Shown piece after piece: positions 36,337-47,429 of a DNA stretch of 64,000 nt. The position numbers were made by a program, and so were the translations under genes. Positions within the stretch are counted from its first letter, which is position 1. Every line of letters begins with the position of its first letter. The notes beneath the pieces are model-generated. The model saw only the letters and a list, made by a program, of their open reading frames with translations, made no database searches and was not told where the DNA came from. This DNA comes from Pseudovirgaria hyperparasitica (Eukaryota), in NCBI GenBank assembly GCA_010093815.1, contig ML996566.1; one strand, given 5' to 3'.

Positions 36337-38024
36337 CTAAAACTTCCGACGGCCAAGCGTAGGCTTCCAGTCAAGCGGGTGTGATTCAGGCGTGGCGTCA
36401 TCGTCGAGTTTCCACATTTTGACTGTTTTTTTGGGGGTTTAGAGGTTAGCTTCTTGTTGTTGTTTTGCAAACTTTTATGACACTTGTCTTAAGGGAGGGG
36501 AGGGGAGGGGGAAGGGGATGTTGTTCTTCGAAGCAAAGGGACGGACTTACTTGACTTGTCTGCTTCGCCGGTGATGAGGCGGAGGCCGGTGCGGTCAAAG
36601 GTGGAGCTCATGATGCCTGCTTCGGCGTCGAGGGAGCCGGGTTGGGCGATGCTGTCCTGGTGCTGGAAGCGGTGGCCCGTTTTCCAGTCCCAGAAGCTGA
36701 TGGTGCCGTTGTCGCCTGTGCACGGGTGTGTGTTGTTAGTGATCAGTACAACGGATATTCAAGGCAGGCAAACAAGCAGGCACTTACCGCCGGAGAACAG
36801 GACGTTGTCCTCGTTGACGCTGAGCGAGGAAATGATGGAGTTGTGGCCGTCAAAGTTCTGCATGAAGGCGCCCTCGGGGCACTTCCACTGCTTGATCTGC
36901 CCGGAGCTCCCGCTTGCAAAGGTGAATTCCTTGGGGTGCACCGCGAGCGATCGCACGCCCTTCTTGTGGTGTGTCAGGACGCCCATCGTCTTGCCCGCCG
37001 CGAGATCCCACATCCTGATTGTCGAGTCTAGAGAGGCGCTGATGACCTGGGGGTCGGCTTCTTGACACTTTAGGTCTGCCACTGTGCCTTTGTGGCCGCT
37101 GAGCACGTGGATGTTACTCCGTGTCCGCATGTCCCATACTCGACACACTCCGTCTCTGCCGCCCGTTACCAAGACATCTAGCGTCGGGTGTAAGCTGAGC
37201 GTGTAGACACCGCTCAAGTGTCCGTGGTAGTGGCGTATCACTTTGTTCGTCTCCAAGTCCCAGCACTTCACCATCTTGTCTTCTCCGCACGAGAACAGGT
37301 ACGGATGTCGCGGCGACACCGCCAGTCCACGAACAGTCGAGATGTGCCCGGTCAAGGTCAGCTTCAGCATCCCAGACGCCAGGTCCCAGATCTTGATCGT
37401 GCGATCGCCCGCTCCGCTGGCAAACCACTTGTTGTCCGGCTCGACTGCCAACGCCCTCACCCAGCCCAGATGCCCTGAGATGACGCGCATGAGTTTCCAC
37501 GGCGCATGCCAGTCCGGACGCACTTGTCTAACAGTATCCTTGCGCACAAGAGCCGTGGAAGGCGTGTTCTTCTGCAGCGTAGGCCCAAGCGCATTGGGCG
37601 CCGACCCAGTCCCTTTCTTCCGCACCGTAAGCGCCGTGGATATGTCTGACTTGGCCGCCGAGCCCTTCTGTGCCACGCCTTCTATCATCTTGCGCATCTT
37701 CGGGTCTGTCGGTTGCTCGTCAGCGGCATCTTGGCCCTTCTTGCTCTTCTTGCGCGCGGCGGCGACGGCGGCTGCGTTGGCCTGCTTCGCTGCGAGTGCG
37801 GGGGGGAGCTCTTTCGCGTCTTCGAATTCGTTCCGTATCCGCGTCGATATATATGATGTGTCTGCTTGCTCTCGGGGTGATGGGCGCGACGGTTCTATCG
37901 TGAATCGAGGTGTGAGGGTGTGATCGAGCGCGGCAGGCGACGCGAAGTCTGCTGCGAAGACTTCGCGTGTTCGTTTGGCGGAGTTTCGTAGAACGGGCAA
38001 TGGGTTCTCTGATAGTGTAGCCAT
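36337..38024 (-). CDS. PRP46: Pre-mRNA splicing factor Prp46/PLRG1 (WD40)
   Basis: [20 protein letters not shown] and WD40 repeats. Introns 36716-36787 and 36423-36550 restore [10 protein letters not shown] and [17 protein letters not shown]. Confidence 0.97.
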
Positions 38025-38358
38025 GACTGGACGTGTATGGCTGTTGTGGGCGGCGTGTAGTTGGTTGGGTGATGTTGTAAACTTTTGAGATTCATATTAG
38101 CCCTAGCTTGTACTCAGATACCGCTGCGGAATATCACCGGCGCGGTTCCGAGACCGGACTGTGGATATATCATCACAGTGTCCGATATAACGTCTCTCCT
38201 GTCCGACTAATTATCATGCTGAATCGTCAAGTAATATATTGCAAAACAACTATCTTTACAGTAAAACTATACAAATCACCAAAGAAATTGATACAAAACA
38301 TGTACATCCACTCGCCAACTCTTTTTTCTCCAGCCATCTCTTCTTGCGTAGCCCAGAT

Positions 38359-39711
38359 TCAGATCTTCCCAAACGGACATCCACCCCTGCCACTGCCCAT
38401 CAAGTCCTCCACGCCCTTCTCAAACTCCTGCAAGCCCTGCCCCTTCATCGCAAAAGGCCCTACCTCCTCAACTACATATCCCTCACTCTGCCACTGTTTC
38501 GCTGGCAGCGCAAGACCAAACACCCATCTCAACGCCCCCTGAACACTCCACTTGTACCGTTCAGGCACATACCAGGGCTCCGCAAGATACACCTTCCGAT
38601 ACAGCTTCCCCGTCTCCTTATCCGGCTCCTCACTCAGGAACCCAAACGCAGTCCGCCTCGGCAGCGCCGCATACCGCATCACAAACTTCCTCATCTTTAG
38701 AGTGGCATCAACGACAGACTGCAGCCACGCCGGCGGCTTGTCGTACATCATCGCAATCCTCAACCGCTCATCCATCAGCGTCGCCGTTACCAGCCGTCCA
38801 AACTTGGTGAAGCCTTCGGACTCCGGCATCCCGTAGGTCAAGATCTTGGTCGTATGGTCTGCTACCGCCCGGTTGCTCTGCGCAGGCACCATGTACTCGG
38901 CCTCATACGCGTCCGCCCACGCAGCCAGCTCGTCGAGCCAGTGCAGGCCATCGCGCCACTCATCGGATGCGAGGAGCGGTGGGTATGAGATGCCCATTGC
39001 GTCGCCGACGGATTTCCAGAAGACGCCGAAGGCGCAGAGCTCAAGTGGAGTGAGGGCTCGCCATTCGTGGCGGGCGATCCAGCGGGAGGGCTCCAGGGCG
39101 AAGAGGGCGAGGGTGTAGAGCATGTCTGGATTGGAGATTTTGCCGGCGCGTTGGTATTTGCTGTGGATGTAGTTCATACGGGATATGCCTGAGCAGGCGC
39201 GTTTGGAGGATGGTGGGTTGTTGAGGAACTCGCCGATGAGGATGGTGGTGTCGACGGCTCTCTTGATGGTGTTAGTTTCGAGGCAGATAGTACAGCACGT
39301 ACGGAGAAATGAACTCATACCTTCCCAGCTGTATTCTTGGCCGAGAACTCGGTCGTCTTCTGCAACAAACTGCTGATAGTTGGGATGCCATATGTCCTTT
39401 GATCTGGTTAGCACACGTGTATCATCCCTCTACTATGCTCGAGCAGGCCATATCCTAACTCACTTGAAGAGCGCAAAGTTCAGCGCCTTATCCACCATAT
39501 ATGGGAATTCCCAGTCCATCACGATTCGCTGAATCTCGTACGCCTGATCCACTGTCATACTCGCAAGCTCCTCCTTCGTGCGCATAGGAAAGCGCCGTTG
39601 AAGGTCATGCAAGCGACGGAAGCGCAGCGCCTGACAGATGCCCAGATATCCGAGGATGGATAGCGATGCGATAGGCCTCCATTGCTGCAGAACTGTAGCA
39701 ATAAGCTCCAT
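38359..39711 (-). CDS. ER-bound oxygenase MpaB-like / rubber-oxygenase-fold protein
   Basis: N-terminal TM segment then LRFRRL; EFP..ALNFALFK|TYGIPTIS; K|RAVDT; RMNYIHSKY; ISNPDMLYTL; C-terminal GCPF. Introns 39397-39463 and 39262-39320. Confidence 0.88.
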
Positions 39712-40751
39712 CGTATGGCAGAAGTGAAGCTGCAACAACAAGTACAATATATGCAACGATGGACCAGACCTATCACCACCCGCCCGAGGTACGTTTGAGA
39801 ATGTGGGGTTTGGGCAACGTGGACCCTTTACTCCGGAAGCTGGATGTATCGAAGATTCCGACAAGAATTGTTTTACATTTGACCCACTAGCTAATCGAAG
39901 AAATAGCTGTATGCCCTGCAGAGGTGCTGTATGTATTGAAAATGCACAGTAGAAGCTGCGATATTTTGAGCTATCGGGTAGTCAGGCAGGCAGAAATTCG
40001 GAGCGCGAATATAGAGGTTCGTCATGGCCCGTTCCACTACTAGGCTGCCGTCGTGCGGCGTACATGAATGAATGGCGTGATATGGCGTTACAGACAGGAC
40101 AAGATGAGAACTGTGAGTCCAATAGCAATGGTGGCATTACCGAATCTTGAGATCACATCACGATTGGTTGTATCCGAGTCGTATCAGATTGTACTGCTTG
40201 AGTAGGACAGGCAGCCTAGTGACCTCTGCAACAATCTCCAAGAACCAGATCATGCGAGACGACCGGAATTAACAAAGTATAATTAATGCAAAAGTCTGCT
40301 ATACCATACCATATTCATTAGAGTTTGGCCACGTGCAGCAAAAACTTTGAGATTCTGGGTGGTTGATATGTAGTTGGAGGCCACATAAAGGTGAGGAGTA
40401 CTCCTGGCGAGCTGGTCACATCACAGTAAGCACAGTAGATACGAAGATTGTTTTAGTACACTAAGAATGAAATTATTATCAGATAGCAAGACGCGATGCA
40501 CAAGCATCACGTCGTAACGTCATAAAGACATGGCCACGAGTCAATCCCATACGGGGAGACATCAGAACCGACCAGTCTGTGAGATCAAACAATCGAACGA
40601 CAGGCACCATTCGTTTGCGGCAACGACAAGTCGAAGCCGGACCGAGACGGTGAGAAGCAACCAAACAGTGACAATGAAACTTTTCCTACACTGGAGAGGC
40701 ATTGCCCTCTCCAGCTCCCCGTTTAAATCATGAATAACCAAAGTTTGCGGA

Positions 40752-41567
40752 CTACTGAGGGTTGTCACTGAGAGTTGCACTGAGAGCCAGTGTCTTCCAC
40801 CTCTCAGCCTCAGCCTTCAGCTGCTCCTTCTCATCCTCAAGTTCCTTGATACGGTTGGACAGAGTCTGAACATGCTCGTACTTGCGCTGGCGAGAGTCAC
40901 GAGCAGCAAGAGTATTGCGAGCTCGCTTCATTGCCGCCTTGTCGTTAGGGTCGACCGCGATTGGAGGTAGAGGACCTTTGCGGCGACGAGGCTTGCTAAT
41001 ACCAGCGTTCATCGCAGGAGAAGCGTTGGTGGACGACTTGCGACGATTTGACTGATCAAGGACAAGAGGAGAGTTGGTGCTGGAGGCGCTGGACTGCGCG
41101 AGCGATTGGGTGCTTGGGTTGCGCTCGAGGGGCTGAGAGAATGACGAAGAAGCGTTATCGGTGGAATCGGGGAACAAAGAGTACCAATCGTTACCGGTGT
41201 TGACGTCCATGGAGTTGTCAAACATCGGGGACGTGTCGAAGCTACCAGACATGAACGGAGAAGCATCAATATCAGGAGAAGTCAGGTTGGTGAAAGCGGC
41301 AGATGGTGGTGCAGAGAAGCCATCTTGGTGCAGGTCCTTGGGAGAGACAGTTCGAGTGGACGTGGACGCGTTCGAAGCACCGTTGATGGATGTGAACTTC
41401 ACATCTGTGGTGGAATCACCAAAGATATCATTCAGGGAGGCATCCGACGCGAAGTCGTTGTGGCCGAAGCCACTGCCGATCCCGGGGAAGAGGTCGAAAT
41501 CTGACGGACTTGAATTAGAGGATGTGTGAGAGAGTGGTATATGCAGTGACAAAGTACCTGTAGCCAT
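40752..41567 (-). CDS. cpcA: Cross-pathway (general amino-acid) control bZIP activator CpcA/CPC-1/Gcn4
   Basis: TVSPKDL, SAPPSAAFTNLTSP, TSPMF, WYSLF, PLPPI..KRARNTLAARDSRQRK and leucine zipper. Main ATG at 41567; 57-nt intron 41501-41557. Confidence 0.95.
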   Translation of the reverse strand: MATGTLSLHIPLSHTSSNSSPSDFDLFPGIGSGFGHNDFASDASLNDIFGDSTTDVKFTSINGASNASTSTRTVSPKDLHQDGFSAPPSAAFTNLTSPDIDASPFMSGSFDTSPMFDNSMDVNTGNDWYSLFPDSTDNASSSFSQPLERNPSTQSLAQSSASSTNSPLVLDQSNRRKSSTNASPAMNAGISKPRRRKGPLPPIAVDPNDKAAMKRARNTLAARDSRQRKYEHVQTLSNRIKELEDEKEQLKAEAERWKTLALSATLSDNPQ

Positions 41568-41730
41568 GGTGCCGGTTGCAGTGTTCTGAGATCTCTGACG
41601 AGGGTATTGATGCACGTTCGGGGTGCTGTTGCTATGGAAGAGAGGTACCGGGGGTCGATTTGACGGAGGTTGCTGGTTTTGAAAACCGAAAGAAGACGTC
41701 GGAGCCGAAGTGGCGTAGAAGTTCGATTGG

Positions 41731-41874
41731 TTAAACGCTTGACCAGGCAGAGGAACGCTGGGTCGACGAAGCGGCTGAGGCTTGGTCGGTTGATCGTAGA
41801 GTACGAAGTCGGTCGCAAAAGTTGGTTGATTCGATGATTGCCTTGAGGCTGGGGGAGCTGGTGAGGAGGGCCAT
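41731..41874 (-). promoter_or_regulatory. cpcA uORF2 (47 codons, MALLTSSPSLK...)
   Basis: ATG in AAC-ATG-G context at 41874, TAA at 41733-41731, out of frame with cpcA. Confidence 0.85.
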
Positions 41875-42076
41875 GTTTGCTGTTGAGAAGCCGTGGTGAA
41901 CGACGGAAAGTCGGACAGGGTAGTAAGCGGCGAACTGAAGATGCGCGAGGCAGGACTTGAGTTCACAGATTCCTGAAAGGAAGACTGTGAGAAGGGGGGT
42001 TGAGTGGGGATTTGAGTGGTTGGTTGGTGGTTGGAAGGTATGTTGTCGACGTTGGGCGACGTGAGGGGTGAGAAGG

Positions 42077-42097
42077 TTAGTAGGCAGCCATGATCAT
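42077..42097 (-). promoter_or_regulatory. cpcA uORF1 ((MI)MAAY*)
   Basis: ATG ATC ATG GCT GCC TAC TAA; resembles the short permissive uORF1 of GCN4/cpc-1. Confidence 0.85.
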
Positions 42098-42265
42098 CGA
42101 CTGTCTGTGTTGGATGTGAGTGTGATTGTGTATAGCAGGGAGGTGGTGAGAAAAGAAGAAGAAGAGGAGGAGCCTGGGGCGCTGAGGCGAACCTTTTGTA
42201 AGATGCAGCAGGCAGAAGTGCGAAGGCGGAGTGGCGCTAAGGGTGAGAGCACGCTAAAAGTCCTT

Positions 42266-43621
42266 TGACTCATACTTCTACATCCAATAGCAGTGCCCGT
42301 CTGTCCTGGACCCCGGGATGCGCACGTTCACGTTGCTTCAACGCGACACATGCACAAGTACATTTCCTGCAAGACATGATTGTATGCTCCTGTCAATTGC
42401 GCGTTAATCGATACCAATTACATCTGTACAGTAAATGTGAGGGTGAGCTGCAGTCTGGCTGGAGAGAGGACGGGCGTTGGGGTGAGTCGTGTCGCGTAGG
42501 TGAGCTTGTGGACTGTCAAGAGCCAAAAGCGGTATGGATTGAACGCCCCACCAGCCGGGGTCATACTACAAAGTGCGCGCCCTTCAGCTGACAATTAGCG
42601 CCTTTTTCGGGGCATCGCGTCCACTAATTTGACTTCTCTGCGGGCTTACGGGCTGCCTAAGCGTCGTTGTTGAATTACTCCGCCCGCCCTAATTACTTGA
42701 TCGAGACACCGAATGCGCTGACTCGGAGTTAATTGTCTCCTGCTTTGCTGCCTGCTAGGTTCGTTTCAGCCTACGCGTACTCCGACAGAAGATCTTCCAT
42801 CTCTTCAAGAAAATGGACTGAAGTCGTGTTGTTGCAATACTTGAATACTCTAGTAGACAATTAGTAGATAGTAGAATAGGGCAAATGCGACATGCGACAG
42901 GCGACAAATGCCACATGCGACAGACGATCCCCCGCGCTTGGCATCTGCAAGTTGTCGGCAACGTTAGAACTAATTAATACACCGTTGGATTCCAGTAGTC
43001 ATTCCGACATTTCGCGACAACGATGCACGTGCCAGTCTGGGGCCAAGGCTGTGTCTGCCTTAGGCTTTTGACTCATTCGTGCATCGAGTGTGTGCGTGCA
43101 TCGAAATACGAGACTCAGCCTCCTCCTTCAATACAGTCGTCGTAGCTTCAATTTCAGCTTTAGTCTTTGGCTTTCAATGATCGACTTCATGCGCGTTCGT
43201 ATGCATTGACGATCTCTGCCATGAATTAGCACTTGCTTCGCTACCTTTTAACAGCTTCTGGAGTATCAATTTTGCGATGTCTTGATTGGTTGTATTTCCG
43301 ATTCCGAAAGATGGGCACCTCTTTAACTTCATTGATGATCCGGAGCCTTGCCTCGACAACTCAGCGTGGGGAGTGAAGGGCATAGTAGACTTGCCAGCAC
43401 GTTGCTGATAGAATATTGCCTGGAGGAGCTGCTCTTAAATACTGGCTCCCCTCCTTCATGTTGACTCCCCCATGGTTCAGCGTGATTCATACCCAAAGAT
43501 GCGTCACGCCAGAATCACCTAATCACCGCCCAACAGTCTCCCATGTTCCACGCGTTTCCCTGCCAGCAATGACTGCGACTTCTATTCAATATGGAAGACC
43601 TGCCTACGTTCGAGTGACTCA
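42266..43621. promoter_or_regulatory. Three Gcn4/CpcA response elements (TGACTCA) upstream of cpcA
   Basis: Perfect TGACTCA at 42266-42272, 43069-43075 and 43615-43621. Confidence 0.7.
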
Positions 43622-43842
43622 GACGCCACCTTTCTCCAATATTAGCTGTGAAGTGTCATCGTTCGTCAAGCTATGCACAGTCTAACAGGCAGACTTCAAG
43701 AATCACTCGTACGATATTCGTCAACTAGATATGACGCGAACTGAGACATGGTAATTCAGTCATCTCTTGGTCACGTATGTCGGGCACGTGAGCTGTAAGA
43801 TTCATCGCTACTTCTTTTGAACTTCTTCAACACATCACCTGA

Positions 43843-44826
43843 CTAGCTGCCTGGTATATGGTTCTTCAATCCACTACCTTGCAGTTCATGAGCGCCATTA
43901 GGTGCTTCTAGCTCCGGTCGATATGCTCTCGTTTCCCCCATCTCGTGCTGCGTAGTCGATCCTGCTAGCTCATGGCCCGGCTCTGGATACCTTTTCTCCT
44001 CTGTTGTCATGATCTCATGAGTCGGTTCTTTCGGTTTTTTGTTCTTTCGTCGCCGCATGAACAAGAATGCTGCTCCACCTACAATGAGTAGAGCCACAAA
44101 CGCTCCTACACCTATGCCAACCCCAGCTCCAGCACTTAACCCGCCTGTTCCAGGTGTGTTGTCCGTGTCTGTTCCAGGTGTGTTGTCCATGTCTGTTCCA
44201 GGGGACGGAGTCACTCCAAAACTGGCCTCAGGACTGGAAATAGTCACACTCCCTCCAGTTGCCGAAGTACCCGGAGTGAAGTCAGGACAATCCACGACGG
44301 CCGTCGGGAGCAGTCCCAACACCTCCGTATTGTCGCAATCCCATCCTATCGAGACCGCGTCCGCAAACAATGTCGACCGTGCAGCGCTTACCGTTGTGCT
44401 CGAGCCACTCAGCGCAAAGATGGATGTCCAGCCATACGTTGGGAAGTTCGACACACAACCCAGTTTGTTGTCAATGCCAGTCTGTATCTCCGCAGCCAGC
44501 GTGCCAAAGTTAAACGAGCTGGGGCAGCACACCGCAGACGTCATGGGGACCCGCGCATTGCCAGGCTTGACCAGCGCAATCGTGTATCCCGTTGGACATA
44601 CGCCAGGTGAGAACGCGACGTCCGTCTGGCGAAGGATGTCGCAGCCCGAGGTCGCCGGGGCAAGGACGGCAAGACATGTTGTGGAGGTCGCGGTCTCGCT
44701 GTGGAATGGGATACAGCTGATTTGCGTCAAGCAGCTGGGAGCGGGCGTGAAGATGCTGGTGAGTGCGCTTGTGCTGGCGGGCCAGGAGAAGTCGTCCGAT
44801 GATGTGATAGTAGTAGGCGCACTCAT
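43843..44826 (-). CDS. Single-pass membrane protein with Cys-rich, Ser/Thr-rich ectodomain
   Basis: LTSIFTPAPSC, FSPGVCPTGY, CCPSSF, GLSAGAGVGIGVG TM helix followed by RRRK, tail with ELxG repeats; first ATG at 44826. Confidence 0.8.
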   Translation of the reverse strand: MSAPTTITSSDDFSWPASTSALTSIFTPAPSCLTQISCIPFHSETATSTTCLAVLAPATSGCDILRQTDVAFSPGVCPTGYTIALVKPGNARVPMTSAVCCPSSFNFGTLAAEIQTGIDNKLGCVSNFPTYGWTSIFALSGSSTTVSAARSTLFADAVSIGWDCDNTEVLGLLPTAVVDCPDFTPGTSATGGSVTISSPEASFGVTPSPGTDMDNTPGTDTDNTPGTGGLSAGAGVGIGVGAFVALLIVGGAAFLFMRRRKNKKPKEPTHEIMTTEEKRYPEPGHELAGSTTQHEMGETRAYRPELEAPNGAHELQGSGLKNHIPGS

Positions 44827-45355
44827 CCTTATGGATTGCGGCGCAGGTGCCCGTGGACGAGTCGTTTTGGTTCTTCCGGATTCGGTAATTCTACACCACA
44901 ATCAGTGTCGAGACATTGACAAAGAAGCTCTCCCGCATCGTCCACAGCAGGCAATGCGACGGCGCACTGAAAACATGTAGCACAGCAGTAGTAATAAGGC
45001 TAAAGGTCTTTGCCTACGTAAGATTATGATCTGATACAACGCTAGGCCATAAATGTGCAGTCCATATCCATGGATGTAGCTCCATTCATTTCGCATTATG
45101 GTCATCAAGTGGAACCTTTCAGAATGAGTCTACAGGTACAAACATATCACGTTCAGTGGTTCAGTAGAACAAGAGGTGACTTCGACTGAGAAATAAGCTT
45201 TTTCTTAGTAATAAATACAGATTCCAACGGGAGGACCCGCTTAAAAGTGCTGAAGCCGACCACTTGCGATTCATGGATCATGACCTCAAGCCAAACATGC
45301 CCATTCAACAACCTCCATAACCATCACACTCCCCGCTCCTCCAGGAATCTTCGCC

Positions 45356-46703
45356 ATGTCAGCTCCACCGTCTGGATCATCAACTCCAAACTCCCGCTTC
45401 ACATCACAAGCACACACCGCCGAAGACCTCCTCAAATCCCAAACAGTCGGTCTCGTAAACCTCACCGACTTCCGCAAACGTCGCGCCGAAGCCCTCGAGC
45501 AAAAGGAGCGTGAGCTCCAATCCGGCTCCGGGTAAGTCAGCAGCTTCATGGAAACATAGCCTTGGACAGATCCCCATCAACGCCACCCAGAGCTCGAGCT
45601 AACAGACAAAGTACAGCGCCTCCACACCCCAATCCGATCGCGTCCCATTCAAGAAGCGCAAGAAAGGCGCGTTAGCCAAAGCAAAACTCTCCTTTGGCGT
45701 CGACACCGACGATGCCGACAACGACGATACCACCGACTCCGCCGGCCTGTCCAGCGGCATACCTACCCCACGCGCAAAGTCACACACACCAGCGCTCGAA
45801 GGCGAGGACACGGGGGTAAACAACACCACAGTCGCGCCACGCAAACGACTCGGCCCAAACACCCTCTTCGCATCCAACGCACCCAAAGCAAAGACCAAGT
45901 CCGCCCTGGCAAGAGATGCCGCCACGCGCGACCAGCTCCGCCGCGAATTCCTCGTCATGCGCGAGCGCGTCAAGGAAACACCCTTCATCCTCCCCTTCGT
46001 CTTCTACGACGGGACAAACATCCCCGGCGGCGCGTGCCGCGTCAAGAAAGGCGAGCACGTCTGGCTCTTCCTCGACAAGGCGCGCAAAGTAGGCGCCGAA
46101 CACGGCGCCGGCAGCGGCGACAAGGGCCGGCGTGAATGGGCGCGCGTGGGCGTCGACGACCTGATGCTTGTTCGTGGGGATATCATCGTGCCTCATGTGT
46201 GTGCTTTCTTCCCTTTTCCTACCCTCACTCGTACTCCTCCGTCCACCCATGCTTTTTCCTCTACCGTACATACAGAAGTATACCTAACCCCCGCCCCCCC
46301 TTCTCAGCACTACGAATTCTACTACTTCCTCGCCAACAAAACCCTCAATTTCTCTGCGCAGCGCCTCTTCCCCCACTCCGCCGAGCCCACCCCCGCCACC
46401 CCCGCCGAACCCGCATCCAGCAGCGCAGACACAGATATCGACCCCTCAACATACGACCCGCTCGCGCGCCACGACAAGAAAGACAATGACACTTCTTCCT
46501 CTTCTTCGTTTACGGTGCTACCGGACAGCGAGCTCGAGGGTGCAGACGAGGAGCCCAGCGTGACGAAAGTGGTTGATCGCCGCTGGTACGAGCGCAACAA
46601 GCATATCTATCCGGCTAGTATCTGGGAGGAGTTTGATCCGGGGAAGGATTATAGTAGGGGGGTTCGGAAGGATGCGCAGGGGAATTCGTTTTTCTTTTCT
46701 TGA
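45356..46703 (+). CDS. FAM50/XAP5-family nuclear protein
   Basis: EDLLKSQTVGLVNLTDFRKRR, FVFYDGTNIPG, DDLMLVRGDIIVPH|HYEFYYF, TKVVDRRWYERNKHIYPASIWEEFDP; introns 45532-45616 and 46197-46307. Confidence 0.93.
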
Positions 46704-47429
46704 GATGGTGGGTTGGGGGGGGCGGGGGGCTTGCTGTGTGCTGTGTGCTGTGTGCTGTGTGTGGGTTGGGTGGTGGTGGGTTACAGGGGCGTGGATGGCT
46801 GGATGGATGGATGTGGTGTTTGTTTTCGCACCGGAGACTAGTCCTTACTCTTTCGTTGTAGAAGGCTGAGATTGAGTGCTGGTGCTGTGTGGTAGTGAGA
46901 GCTCGCTGACTACTCTGCAAACACCACGATGATATAAACACTCTCGAGACCAATGACATACAGACGCCGTATCAGTTCATTCATTGCATATACCATCCCT
47001 GAGCTCTATGACATACCCCGTACTACATACCCCATACTCCATCACCCATGTCCAATACTCTCTTCTATGGATATCCCACACAGTCTCTGTCTTCAGCCCG
47101 ACGACAATTCTCGTTCTACCTCTCTCTTTCTCTCTCTCCGTGTATGTGTTCCCTGCTAGCATCCAGCCCATACCCGCCACCCTAGTTCAGACTCCTATGA
47201 ACTGAATCCCACTGCTCTACTCGGTATCCGGAGAAATCTCAACGACAACAACGACGAATTCCAGTACGCCGCTTTCCTGCCCAGCCTAGCATATCTAGAG
47301 TCCTGCCATCACCATCACAGCCAAAAAACCAGTCAGTCCTTCCTCAGTCCCGCAGCTAACGCACAGACATGCACGAACCCAGAGAGAGAGAGAGAAAAGC
47401 TCCCCTCAAGGAAACCCAAAGGAAGGCAC

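Noticed and set aside
38359..39711. Secondary-metabolite cluster around the MpaB-like gene
   Set aside because: Neighbours are housekeeping genes; no PKS, NRPS, terpene synthase or prenyltransferase in the window.
44039..44980. 313-aa + strand ORF
   Set aside because: Antisense shadow of the minus-strand membrane protein gene.
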